In this document: positions 1 to 11,252 of the stretch, piece by piece
Numbering within the stretch: position 1 is the stretch's first letter
Layout: each line of letters opens with the position of its first letter
NCBI RefSeq assembly: GCF_001194135.2
Contig: NC_068998.1
Span: 2,604,423-2,668,422, forward strand
Reading direction: 5' to 3'
Origin: Octopus bimaculoides
Taxonomy: Eukaryota
Length of the DNA stretch: 64,000 nt
Program-made: the position numbers and the translations under genes
The notes under the pieces: model-generated
The model's input: only the letters and a program-made list of their open reading frames with translations
Database searches by the model: none
Told to the model about the DNA's origin: nothing

Positions 1-197
1 GCTCTCTGCCTCTTTCCATTAATTTTAAATATAACAAAGAATGTAGTAAAATAATTTAGTTAACATTAAGCTAGTGTTAGGAACATAAATTGTGACTAAG
101 GTTTGGTGGAAAGTTTTAATTCTGAACTTTTGAAAACAAAACATTTGTAGTACAGAGCCAGAGGTGGTTTCAGCTGGGTTGGTATCAAAAGGGTTAA
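1..197. mobile_element. piggyBac-like non-autonomous MITE, right end (left end outside window)
   Basis: Ends in ...GGTATCAAAAGGG-TTAA (TTAA at 194-197). The body resembles the reverse complement of the element at 61179-61645. A CCC/GGG terminus with a TTAA target site is the piggyBac signature. Confidence 0.55.
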
Positions 198-467
198 GAC
201 TGTTTGAAGATATGATGGCTTAAATAGTTTTAATGTCATGATAGAATGTCCTCTGTAGACATTGTAAAGGGGTTAGTGTTTGGAATGACAATCAGTCATA
301 GAAACCAAACCTGAAAAATTAATTATTTTGAGCAACACATAGTCCTCCAAACTGTGTAGGAGGACAGTAACTCTAAAAAAGATATGAATCTGACTGTGAT
401 GACCCATCCAACCCCTGTCAGCATTAAAAGTAGATGTAAAATGCTGATGATGCACACACACGCACAT

Positions 468-975
468 TCTTTTACTTGTTTCAGGCATTTGTCTGCGGCC
501 ATGCTGGAGCACTGCCTTTAGTTGAACAAATTGACCCCAGGACTTATTCTTTGTAAGCCTAATACTCATTCTATCAGATTCTTTTGCCGAGCTGTTAAGC
601 TACGGGGGATATTAACACCAGCATCGGTTGGCAATCGATGGCGGGAGGACAAACATACACACATGTATCCCTCTCTCTCTCTTTGGGAGAGAGGCACAAG
701 CACATACACAGACATATACGCACACGGCAGTAACTTCCGCCTACCAAATTCAATCACAAAGCTTCAGTCTTTATATATATATATATATAGATATAGATAT
801 AGATACACACACACACACACACACAATGTGCTTCTTTTAGCCTCCGTCTACTAAATTCACTCACAAGGCTTTGATCGGCCTAAGGCTATTATAGAAGACA
901 CTTGACCAAGGTGTCACACAGTGGGACTGAACTTGGAAGTGTATGGTTTGGAAGCAAGCTTCTTACCACAAAAAT
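468..975 (-). mobile_element. tRNA-derived SINE, family A, with internal (TA)n/(CA)n expansion
   Basis: Reverse complement of the family A copy at 22204-22598: tail TTCTTTTACTTGTTTCAG at 468, body GCCATGCTGGAGCACTGCCTTTAG, degenerate tRNA-like head near 900-975. Confidence 0.8.
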
Positions 976-1226
976 CATCATCATTTTTGTTTCATTATTT
1001 GTTTTTCATGGAGGTATTGGTTTGTCAAGTTTGCAGACTAGTGTATCATCATTCTTCTTGATCACTTTTATGAGATCCAACACCACAACTTCACTACTTT
1101 TACCCATGTCATCTTTCTTTTGCCCGTGTCATCTTTCCAATGTCAACTTTGACACTTATTGCCACAACACATCATATCTAGTGACAATATGAAACTATTG
1201 ATAACATTTGTGTTATTTTTCTTCAG

Positions 1227-1268
1227 ATCACTCAAAAAGAAAGCTTACCAGTGCTAAGTTGTAATGAG
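1227..1268 (+). CDS. Integrin alpha subunit, internal exon (calf-2 region), ITQKESLPVLSCNE
   Basis: Acceptor ttatttttcttcag|, donor GAG|gtaagt, 42 nt, phase 0/0, open and in frame with the downstream exons. Weakest exon of the chain because it is short. Confidence 0.7.
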
Positions 1269-1562
1269 GTAAGTTTTTTTGTACCCCTTCAAACCTACAT
1301 TCAAACAAAAAAGAAAAAAAAGTAGGAAAAAATATAAAACTTTGCAGTTGTTTAATGGTAAATACATCTTACAATGACGAAAGAGTAACTTGTCTTTGGC
1401 CAAACCATGAAATTAACATGTCTACAATCTTAATAATTAAAACAATTCCTACTAATTATTATAAGGTTTTTATCACAAGAGGCAGCAGAGATGGGAGAGA
1501 GGGAAAGCCATTATCTTAGATATGCAGTCATGGAATGGCTAAAAAGGTTACTGATACAAGAA

Positions 1563-1782
1563 TTAACCCCTTAGCATTTAAACTGGCCAAATCCAGCCCA
1601 AATATTCTACCTGTTTATGTTCAACTAGCCACATCTGGCCTCTCAAACCTACCCTACAATGTCATTCAAAAAATTGAACAATCACATCATCAAAATCTTG
1701 AAGCTATGAGATAGTCCAGGATTAACTCAAAACATTGTGAATAAACAAGTATTACATTTACATCTGAATGCTGAAGGGTTAA
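1563..1782. mobile_element. piggyBac-like MITE (about 220 bp)
   Basis: TTAA-CCCCTTAGCATT ... AATGCTGAAGGG-TTAA: inverted termini and TTAA duplication. Same family as 36893-37120 in the opposite orientation. Confidence 0.75.
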
Positions 1783-2710
1783 ATAACCACTGAGAATGTT
1801 CACTGCTATAACAGAAGCATTGTAGCTTTGCCCTTCTCCCAGATAGTGAAATTAATGTGATCAGTACCCAACCACGGGAAGTAGAACTGTGGCCTAGGAC
1901 AAAACAGGGATTGGATTTCAATGCTTGCGACAGAGTGAGCTCTGTAAAAGGCACCGAAGGACCATAATGTGCTGTGCTTCGGTTACTGACCCCCACCCTC
2001 CACCAAATGTAGAATGTTTCATGATCATGTAGCATCCTTACATGAGAGACATGCTGAGCTTACTTAAGCATAGTTGTCAGAGGTGGAAGAAGTTGACAAA
2101 GGGTTTCACCCTGCAGGTGTGGCCATGTGGTTGAGAAGCTTGATTCTCAGCCATGTGGTCTTGGGTTCAGTCCCACTGTGTAGCACATTAAGAAAGTGTC
2201 TTCGACTATAGCCTTAGACCAACTACAACCTTTCATTGGATTTGGCAAACAGGATCAGAAAGGAACCAGTCGTACATATGCAGGTGTGTATTCTTGTCTT
2301 GACATCACCTAAGGCTGCAAATGAGTAAAATTGTTTTCTAGCCTTCCTTTGAAAAAAGTTTGGCCATGGGAAAATACTATCTTACCTAGAAACAAGTGAG
2401 GGTTGCATCAGAATGGGCATCTGGCTGTAGAAAATCTGCCTTGACATATTCCATCTCACCCATGCATGCATGGAAAAGTGGATGTTAGAATGATGACGAT
2501 AACCCTGGGGTCCTCGCTAAACTTTTGGTATTCAAAAACTTGTTGCATAAAATAGGATAGGCAGCACAGGGTTGAGACTTGCCTTGAATATAGTCTATGG
2601 TGATAGTCTTTAAGTGAGGCCCTATGTAAAACCCAGTAGATTAGGGTACACTATCATTTACTGATTTAGTAGTTATGAAAAAAAAAAAAATTTTTTTTTT
2701 ATATTTTCAG

Positions 2711-2830
2711 TCAAAGCTGGAAGGAAATCAGGAAGAATATCGATTCAACTGTGAAGTACATAATTTTTCAGCAACTTTATCATTTAATGTAGAAATAAAG
2801 CTAAAACTTTTCACTCGTTTTACAAATTCT
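2711..2830 (+). CDS. Integrin alpha subunit, internal exon (calf-2), SKLEGNQEEYRFNCEVHNFSATLSFNVEIKLKLFTRFTNS
   Basis: Long poly-T acceptor ending ttttcag|, donor TCT|gtaagt, 120 nt, phase 0/0. Has the C-x-V-x-x-phi beta-strand pattern of integrin alpha calf-2 and an N-F-S sequon. Confidence 0.85.
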
Positions 2831-2915
2831 GTAAGTATTGACACCTTTGTTATTTTTCTTGCTTTTTCAACTGTTATTACCATACTTTGCATTAAAAGCA
2901 GGTGTTCCTGAAATT

Positions 2916-3266
2916 ATCATCATTGTTTAATGTCTGTTTTCCATGCTGGCATGGGTTGGATGGTTTGACAGGAGCTGTCCAGGCTCTGATTATCTGTTAT
3001 GTTATGATTACTATGGCTGAATGCCCTTCCTAATGCCAACCACTTTACAGAGGGTGGTGGGTGCTTTTTATGTGCCTCTGGCACAGTTGTGTTTATGCAT
3101 CACCAGCACATGTGTATCTTATATGGCATTAGAAAAAGTAGCATCCCGCTGTAAGAATTGTGCCAAAGTAGACTGTGAAGGTTGGCACAATTCTCTGGCT
3201 TACCAGTTCCTGCCAACTCAGCTAACCCATGCCAACATGGAAGATGGACACTAAATGATGATGATG
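2916..3266. mobile_element. (GAT)n-tailed repeat family D, two copies head to head giving inverted termini
   Basis: The left end CATCATTGTTTAATGTCTGTTTTCCATGCTGGCATGGGTT is the approximate reverse complement of the right end AACCCATGCCAACATGGAAGATGGACACTAAATGATGATG. Other copies lie near 2400-2500, 16875-17150, 21304-21520, 34420-34480 and 58470-58520. Confidence 0.65.
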
Positions 3267-3448
3267 GGTTCCTATCCGTGTGCAATAGATATTTCCATAA
3301 TAACATTTGTGATACTGTTTTCTAGAATCAGGTGTTCCAATACTTATGTGCGTGTGTATATGTGTGTACGTGAATGCGTACATACTATTTGCCTGTTGTA
3401 TTCATATTTTTGTTTTAAATTTCTTTGTATTCTTTGTTTTATCCCCAG

Positions 3449-3541
3449 GATTTAACTCCAGTTTTCTCTGACATAATGATATCAGAGCACAAAAATGAGC
3501 AGTTCATAACAGGAATACAAAATACGGAAATGTCTGTTCAG
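3449..3541 (+). CDS. Integrin alpha subunit, exon ending calf-2, DLTPVFSDIMISEHKNEQFITGIQNTEMSVQ
   Basis: Acceptor tctttgttttatccccag|, donor CAG|gtaaac, 93 nt, phase 0/0. Part of ORF 3425..3682 and joins in frame to the transmembrane exon. Confidence 0.85.
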
Positions 3542-4299
3542 GTAAACTTTATAATATTCTCACATTCCCTAAATCAATATCTCTCCCAGTTTTGCCCCAA
3601 TTCAAAATTTGTTGTTGCTGTCTCTCTCACAAGATGTAAAAAAAAAAAAAAAGTCAAAGCTGTTGTATGGCAGAATCAGTAAAGCTGAGAATGTAGCAGG
3701 GTCAGGAAGGTCCATGAGTCTGTTGTATAAACCTGTATAGGTAAGAGGCCCTGTGAGGTGCAGCAAACTCAAGGGCTGCTCCAGGCAGCACACATATACA
3801 CAAGCTATGTCACTGAGTAGAGCATTGAGCAAATGCAATTAGGTGCTGGAAAGTTTATGGCTTGAGGTAAAAGAAACCACAGGAGGATCAGTTGATTATA
3901 ATTTTATTCAACATCTCAGTATTTTGGAACCTCCTAGGTTTCTGTTTCTATATTCTTCAGTTAGAAGTTGGATGATGATAGTAGAGAACTAGAACAAGGG
4001 ATGGTAAAATAAATAACAGTGTTGTTGTTGTTATTTTATTGTAATTCCATTCACATGTAGGATGCTTTATAAGAATATTACATTAATCCAGTAATTGACT
4101 GCTATTTTGTCTTGGAACATGAAATCAGAACATAAAGGATCATTGCTTAATTCTACAAACAGTTCATCTGATGCTTTAATGATTCTGCCAATCCAACATC
4201 TTAATCTTATGATGCCTGATACTCATTTTAATCATGCTGGCCTGTGTTGGTCAGAACTGCCACACAACATCAATATTTGTTTCAATCTTCCTTCCTTTT

Positions 4300-4560
4300 C
4301 TGAGAACCCAACATCTACCCACCACTTTTTCATAGGTTATCCTTTTTCATGGATGTCGTACACTGATAACTCATATCACTCCTCATACAATCACATGTCC
4401 ATACCAGTGGAGTGTTATTTCCTATCAATCAGTCACTCACCTTGCTTCTTTCTGCTCCACCTTTCACAAAGGTTAACATTACACATCCAACAAATACCAC
4501 CAGGCTTTTTCCCTTCCTCCCCAGATCTTTCATATTCAATGCTTTACATCTTACAATCAG
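4300..4560 (-). mobile_element. Possible highly decayed RTE-clade LINE 3' fragment
   Basis: The minus strand reads EITLHWYGHVIV* at about 4383-4421, resembling the RLRW(F/Y)GHV motif near the end of RTE ORFs. Nothing else is recognisable and the boundaries are approximate. Confidence 0.3.
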
Positions 4561-7269
4561 CATACCGTATTTGTTGGAATATAAGATATACTTTTTTTCA
4601 GTTTTGACTTTTTTCAACATTTTTCCACGATTTTTTTCTTTTGTAAACTATTTATCGTTTAAAATAGTAAATATTGCTGTTGAAAGGAAAATATTTTCGA
4701 AACAACATTGTAGAANNNNNNNNNNNNNNNNNNNNNNNNNNNNNNNNNNNNNNNNNNNNNNNNNNNNNNNNNNNNNNNNNNNNNNNNNNNNNNNNNNNNN
4801 NNNNNNNNNNNNNNNNNNNNNNNNNNNNNNNNNNNNNNNNNNNNNNNNNNNNNNNNNNNNNNNNNNNNNNNNNNNNNNNNNNNNNNNNNNNNNNNNNNNN
4901 NNNNNNNNNNNNNNNNNNNNNNNNNNNNNNNNNNNNNNNNNNNNNNNNNNNNNNNNNNNNNNNNNNNNNNNNNNNNNNNNNNNNNNNNNNNNNNNNNNNN
5001 NNNNNNNNNNNNNNNNNNNNNNNNNNNNNNNNNNNNNNNNNNNNNNNNNNNNNNNNNNNNNNNNNNNNNNNNNNNNNNNNNNNNNNNNNNNNNNNNNNNN
5101 NNNNNNNNNNNNNNNNNNNNNNNNNNNNNNNNNNNNNNNNNNNNNNNNNNNNNNNNNNNNNNNNNNNNNNNNNNNNNNNNNNNNNNNNNNNNNNNNNNNN
5201 NNNNNNNNNNNNNNNNNNNNNNNNNNNNNNNNNNNNNNNNNNNNNNNNNNNNNNNNNNNNNNNNNNNNNNNNNNNNNNNNNNNNNNNNNNNNNNNNNNNN
5301 NNNNNNNNNNNNNNNNNNNNNNNNNNNNNNNNNNNNNNNNNNNNNNNNNNNNNNNNNNNNNNNNNNNNNNNNNNNNNNNNNNNNNNNNNNNNNNNNNNNN
5401 NNNNNNNNNNNNNNNNNNNNNNNNNNNNNNNNNNNNNNNNNNNNNNNNNNNNNNNNNNNNNNNNNNNNNNNNNNNNNNNNNNNNNNNNNNNNNNNNNNNN
5501 NNNNNNNNNNNNNNNNNNNNNNNNNNNNNNNNNNNNNNNNNNNNNNNNNNNNNNNNNNNNNNNNNNNNNNNNNNNNNNNNNNNNNNNNNNNNNNNNNNNN
5601 NNNNNNNNNNNNNNNNNNNNNNNNNNNNNNNNNNNNNGAAAAATGGCCGTTGCCCCCCGTCCCTGTCTGTGGTACAAAAAAAAATATATTGAAAATATAT
5701 ATATAAATAAAATATTCTTTCGGTTTATGATCACAAAATAAAAGTGGGGAAGATATAAGCAATCGGTATTAAATAAGAAATTTGAAAATTTGGGGGAGGA
5801 AAAGAAATCTTTTCAGAAATGTAATTTCTGTATTAAAAAGAAATGTTCAAAGGTTGGAGCAGAAGGTAAATATTTGAAACATTGGTTTGTCTTGTTTTTA
5901 AGGGGAAAAAATCCTTAAAAACAGGCATCCAAAGAAATATTTTACCAAGATTTACCGAATAGTATCAATATTTTCACTTTCAGTTTGTCGTCACACACCG
6001 AAAGAATGCCAAAAACATTTAGAAAATACTTGCCCGAGTTGTTGTTCGGTCAATGAGCAAAACATGGTTTTTATGCTGTTTCATTTCTATAAAACTCGTT
6101 CAGCTCTTTAAGGAAAGCTTTATAAATTCTTCTAGTGTTTCGTCACATTCTTGTTGCCATAAATGATGACTGTAATATGCTACAATTTATTATTGGTGAT
6201 TCGATTCAACCAATTCGTGACTGAAACCTCAAAATTGCTTCCCGCTTCTGGGATGTCGTCTGCCAAAGTAACGACGGCAGCTCAAAAAAACAAATATGTC
6301 TTTCCGTGTCCCGAGTGAAACTCAACTTCGGAAATAAAATGAGAATATTTTTTTTTAAATTGATTTTACCATTTTTCATTAATCCTAAAAATATTAAGAT
6401 CGCAGAATTATGAGGAACAGTAGATTGCTGGAAAAAAAACTTTACGTTTCTTTCCTCTATATTTTTCAGTTTAGATGCTCCTGATGGCGATAAAATTACA
6501 AGCAGTGATATATACTGAACAATTTTATCGGCTACACCTCTGCTAAAATTGGCCAATTGTATAATAGTTTCTTTTTTATCATTGAAATAAATTTTTGTTA
6601 CATTCAGTTTTGAATGAATTACGAAAAATAAGAGTTAAGGTCAACAATTAACCATAATGTTTTCGCTCTGCTTTATATTCAGTGAAAGCCACGGATGGAA
6701 AACTTTAGAAAGAGCTGTTTTCTATTTTTAGTGCGAGCGGAAAGAACAATTTACATACTTATTTTTCGGTGTTTTTATTTTGTGGGAAGGAAGAGGATAT
6801 CAATAAGAGGGTAAATGGGATTTTATTTTAATGCAGCCATTGACATTTAACCTACAGACATACGTTGACCTTGTTACTTCAACATTTCAACCTCGCTTGG
6901 GAATGTCTTCTAAAATATAGTCTAGACATTGGACTAGCTGCATCTGATGTTTTCACAAAAATATAGATTGTTGACTCGCTATTGTGAAATCCCATCTGCA
7001 TCAACTTAGTATTTCATCCTTCAGATATAACAAAATAGTAACATGCAATAAAAATTCTAATGTAATAAAAAAATACTGATATTATAAAATAATGATATGT
7101 AATAAATATGTGTTTGAATCGATTATATCTCGCTGAAAAAATATACCTAAATAATTTTGTAGACACCAACGATGATAAATACTTTTGAATACCATTTCTG
7201 GTAATAGTTTATAGTTATATTATCTCTCTATATACGTTTAACCCCCATTTCAAACTTGGTCAACTAGAC

Positions 7270-7578
7270 CAGGACTGGCCAAACTGAGGCCCACCGGCCA
7301 TCTTGCGGCCCGCTTGATACTTTCTTAAAATGGTTTATTTAAACAAACATTTAAAAAATTTTATCAAAAATTAAAGAGTGCATTGAAAAGTGAAAAAGAG
7401 AGATACATCTATTTTTGCAACGATAATATCTCATGTTGAATCAACGATCATTTATTCATTATTGTAATAATAGCATGAGAAAGCAAAATGCTTTCAATTC
7501 TATGACTATACAAGCAGCCCTCAAAAAACTTCCTGTGATTAAAGTGACCCGCAATGTAATTCGAGTTGGCCAGGCCTG
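7270..7578. mobile_element. hAT (Charlie-like) MITE with 8-bp target site duplication
   Basis: TIRs CAGGACTGGCCAAACT / AGTTGGCCAGGCCTG (12 of the first 13 nt match), subterminal GCGGCCCGC, flanks AACTAGAC (7262-7269) and AACTAAAC (7579-7586). Confidence 0.8.
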
Positions 7579-8015
7579 AACTAAACTATGGATCAAAGGT
7601 ATTTCAGCTGTGGTCATCTTTTTGGTTCCAGACCACTTATCAGCTCACAAGAAAATAAAATAACACCGACCACCACGAACAAATTTGATTTTCAAAGATA
7701 TAATATAATTAGAAGATAAAATCATTAAAATTAATGTAATTTATCAATGGCCAGCATATAAAAAAAAACTTTTAGGTAAAATACATTTATAGAGATATAT
7801 AACTGTATAAAGTATAATTAAAGTACAAAAAGGTATTATGCTTATATGCTGGAATTGTTTTATGAATTTTTAGCCAGCCTCCCGTTTACAACCTGTGTAT
7901 TTAATTCTGGAGTGAACATTTGAAGTGACAGGACATATTCAGCGCCTTCTTTCAGCATATAGGCATAATAGCTTTCTGTGCCCTTAAGTATAATGGCACC
8001 CTATACAGTTCTCTC

Positions 8016-8049
<34 letters not shown>

Positions 8050-8052
<3 letters not shown>

Positions 8053-8240
8053 GACATTGACTCGAATCGAGTAATATGTAGCGTGTAATTGAGCCTCTTC
8101 CTCATGACGTGAGTGCGCGCACGCAAACAGTTTTTTTCCCCTTATATCCTTGCCTGCAGGAAACAAAAAACCTATTTCGAAAGTTTTTGTTTTCCGGACC
8201 GCTGGTTATTGTATTAGTAAACCCATATGTGCCCAAACGT
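8050..8240 (+). promoter_or_regulatory. Candidate promoter-like CpG-rich patch inside an integrin intron
   Basis: About a dozen CpGs in about 190 bp (hand count), TGACGTGA CRE/ATF-like site (8105-8112), TGCGCGCACGCA NRF1-like site (8114-8125), TTCCGG ETS-like core (8192-8197), followed by a gtatgt donor at 8239. Motif-based only; direction is inferred from the donor. Confidence 0.4.
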
Positions 8241-8974
8241 ATGTGTTATATGATATAAATGATAGCTGTGCTAAGGAATGATGTTCCATTATCAATCCAA
8301 TTGAGGAACACACCCCTTTTTTTCTAAAAACAGGCGAGTTGTTCTACTCCTACACTAAATGGAATATATATTGCTACATTCCACATTGATAAATTTAGTC
8401 TATTCTTCTCAAACGCATCTATTTGCGAATGTAATTCTTGATGCAGGTATAATTACAATCTGTAAAAAAAATGTCGGCAACGTTTTGTACTCTGGGTCTC
8501 CAGTGTTAGAACTTCAATTTTTATATGATCAGCATTTATTGAATTCAGATAAATTATTAATACATGCATAGGCGAAAATAAAGAATACGTACACCCGGTG
8601 GTTATGGTTAGAGTTAAGGTTTTTGTTATACTGAAAACGGATGATGTACATATTCTTTACCTCCGCCCATACATTACGTCTGTTTTAATCATCATTTGTG
8701 GTCCTACATTATTTTCTTTAATTATCATCAACTTGCTGCCGAGCAAAGCAAGTATAGGCATATTTGATCCCTATTAATCAAAATCTGGGCCCCAATATTC
8801 TATGATGAGAATTCAGCTGTCGATGATGAAGTGATCTCTGAACCTGTGTCGACTTCTCCGCTAAAAGCTATTTCATTTTATTAACATATATAAGGAGCTT
8901 CTACGTGGTCATTCGGACTGCTAAAAATAACAGCCAGATCTCTTTCGGCCTGCTTCAAATTATCCTTTCTTCTT

Positions 8975-9187
8975 TAGGCACAAGGCCTGAAATTTTGTGG
9001 GAGGGTGCTAGTCGATTACATCGCCCCTCCCCCCTCACTCCTAGTACTCAGCTGGTTAGGTCATCGATCCCGAAAGGATGACATGCGGAATCGACCTCGG
9101 TGGCGTTTGAACTCAGAACGTAAAAACGGACGAAATGTCGCTAAGCATTTTATCCGGAATGCTAACGAGTTTTGCCAACTCGCCGCC
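8975..9187 (-). mobile_element. SINE family B (GGCGGCGAGCTGGCAG head), CpG-rich copy
   Basis: AGGCACAAGGCCTGAAATTTT at the left and ...TTTGCCAACTCGCCGCC at the right match the reverse complement of the copy at 9263-9463. Confidence 0.8.
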
Positions 9188-9262
9188 TTGCCTATTGGAA
9201 ATGATTTTAAAAAGTCATAACAAAAGCTACCCACGTCCATTTCCAATACAGAAGAAATATAA

Positions 9263-9463
9263 GGCGGCGAGCTGGCAGAAACGTTAGCACGCCGGGCGAA
9301 ATGCTTAGCGGTATTTCGTTTGTCTTTACGTTCGGAGTTCAAATTACCGCTGAGGTCAACTTTACTTTTCATCCTTTCGGGGTCGATAAATTAAGTATCA
9401 AATGCGTATTGAGGTCGATCTAATCGATTGGCCCCCTCCCCCAAAATTTCGAACCTTGTTCCT
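9263..9463 (+). mobile_element. SINE family B, CpG-rich copy
   Basis: GGCGGCGAGCTGGCAGAAACGTTAGC head, GGAGTTCAAAT B-box-like motif, CATCCTTTCGGGGTCGATAA body, CCCCCAAAATTTC tail. About 17 related copies are seen across the window. Confidence 0.85.
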
Positions 9464-10283
9464 TGAGCAGAAAAGAATACAGAAGAAATATGTTTCTGGA
9501 ACAAACCAAATTTTCACTAATAAATAATTAACGAGATATTAAGTTAAATTATCAATATTCCAAGTGTTTTATAGGTTATCTGATGGACTATACAGTAGCG
9601 TAAGTTAGTTTTCCTGGAGTATCTCATATCACTTACTCCGTTAAATCTCTTGGGGGTACGAAGTCATGGTTAATATATTGCATGAAGTCAGTAGGTCAGA
9701 TTACCCGTATCTCTATGAAAAGTTAAGTTCCTTTGATGCGGCAAAGCTGACAGCCATGCGATATTCAACAAACAGTCGGTAGCTATTCTCTCGCCCTTAC
9801 TGAAATAAAAACACTGGTTTATATGTTTATTTTTTTAGCATTATATTTTACAACATTATTTGTAAAATAAGAAGTTTCTGTGCCGTGAAGCTTAAATTTT
9901 CGGTCAAAACATTTGGGGGTAGGGGTAGTGAGTGAAGATTCACCAGTCAGTTTCAAAACATTGATGTCCAGGTCAAAAAAGCAAAGTTTAAAGGGAATAG
10001 TAGTCACTTCCTTTGATTTCTAAATAGAAGCAAAAAGGAAATAACTGACAAAAGACAAAAATCAAAATTTTGTTACACAATATAACTGTTTCTTATTTAG
10101 GCACAAGGCCAGCAGTTTTGAGGTGGGTGTTTAGTCCATGTCATTGCTCTTAATACTTACTGGTGCTTTATTTCATCTACCCCATTACTCAATTGGAACA
10201 AAAATTATTCTTGACCATGGTGGAATATGAACTCAGCCTACAATAACTCACAATAAAAACGATATTTTTGTTGTTCTTTTTAG

Positions 10284-10394
10284 GTTGGGACCAACTTGAG
10301 ACCAGACCGAAAACATATAAAAATCTGGATCATTATTCTATGTGTGGCACTGGGAGTGTTTCTTCTAATTCTAGTTATTTGTGGTTTACGGAAG
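10284..10394 (+). CDS. Integrin alpha subunit, transmembrane exon, VGTNLRPDRKHIKIWIIILCVALGVFLLILVICGLRK
   Basis: Acceptor tttttgttgttctttttag|, donor AAG|gtaaga, 111 nt, phase 0/0. The hydrophobic WIIILCVALGVFLLILVICGL followed by RK matches the integrin alpha W-I-I-I...L-x-K transmembrane pattern. Confidence 0.93.
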
Positions 10395-11030
10395 GTAAGA
10401 ATTTCTCTGAGTAATTTAACCTCTAAAAATACACAAGAATTATTTTGGTCATTTCACTGTTGTTATATATTTTTGCACCCAAGACCTTCATGTTTGGTAT
10501 TGATGCCTGAGCATTAACCGAAACACTAGCAGAAGAAGTAAATACTGGACATTGTTCTATGTCAGGATTTGAAGTTGATTTTCGCAAAGAAATTAAAAGA
10601 TAAAATGTTAAATGGAAGAAGACATTTTATATTCAAAAAGATTAACTTTGATTGAATATGATTTAAAATGAAATATATATCTGAGTACTTTTTACATGGC
10701 ACTAGCACCAGTGAAGTTAACTGGTAACTTACAAGAAATAATCCCTTAAAATGAGAAAGGAGTAGCATTGAGGGAGGTTTTGAGAGGTTGAAAACTGGGG
10801 CAAGCTACTGCGGATGTATCAATACACGGTGGAAAAGATATACTTTAAAGCATTCCTGACCTCTGTCTGACCTTCCAAGTGTTGCTTCTACTTGGCCCTT
10901 TTCTGGGTGACACTGGCTACCCCTGCCCATAATCCTATAACCTTGTCCCAGCAAACTAACTTGTAATCCACAGATATATAAACATGTCTTTGAACTGGGT
11001 AAAGTAAAAGAATAAAATAAATATTTCCTT

Positions 11031-11252
11031 TTCAAGCCATGCCAGGCTTATGAGGACTGGTTTCCTGGTTTCAATGGCGTACATGTTCCCCCCCTCCTGG
11101 ATGGGACCCCAGTCCATCACAGGATTACTCATTTTTGCCAGCTGAGTGGACTGAAGCAACGTGAAATGAAGTGTTTTGCTCAAGGACACAACACGTCACC
11201 AGGTCCTGGAACTGAAACCACAATCTTATGATTACGAGTCCAACACCCTAAC
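11031..11252 (-). mobile_element. tRNA-derived SINE, family C (TCCTTGAGCAA core)
   Basis: GTGAAATGAAGTGTTTTGCTCAAGGACACAAC core and tRNA-like head at the right end. Related copies lie at about 21820-21985 (-), 39690-39860 (+) and 63755-64000 (+). Confidence 0.75.

Noticed and set aside
4412-5762. Long ORFs of 355-426 aa in the track (also those at about 23600-24400, 28450-29530, 29950-30440, 37770-38930 and 48900-49540)
   Set aside because: They run through N gaps translated as X (4716-5637, 23685-24283, 28751-29390, 29995-30384, 37951-38747, 49123-49397); there is no evidence of coding.
6206-6556. 116-aa minus-strand ORF, and a strong plus-strand acceptor near 6469-6474 that could give a truncated, secreted integrin
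   Set aside because: No recognisable domain, non-ATG start, and the plus-strand frames stop quickly without support; too speculative to report.
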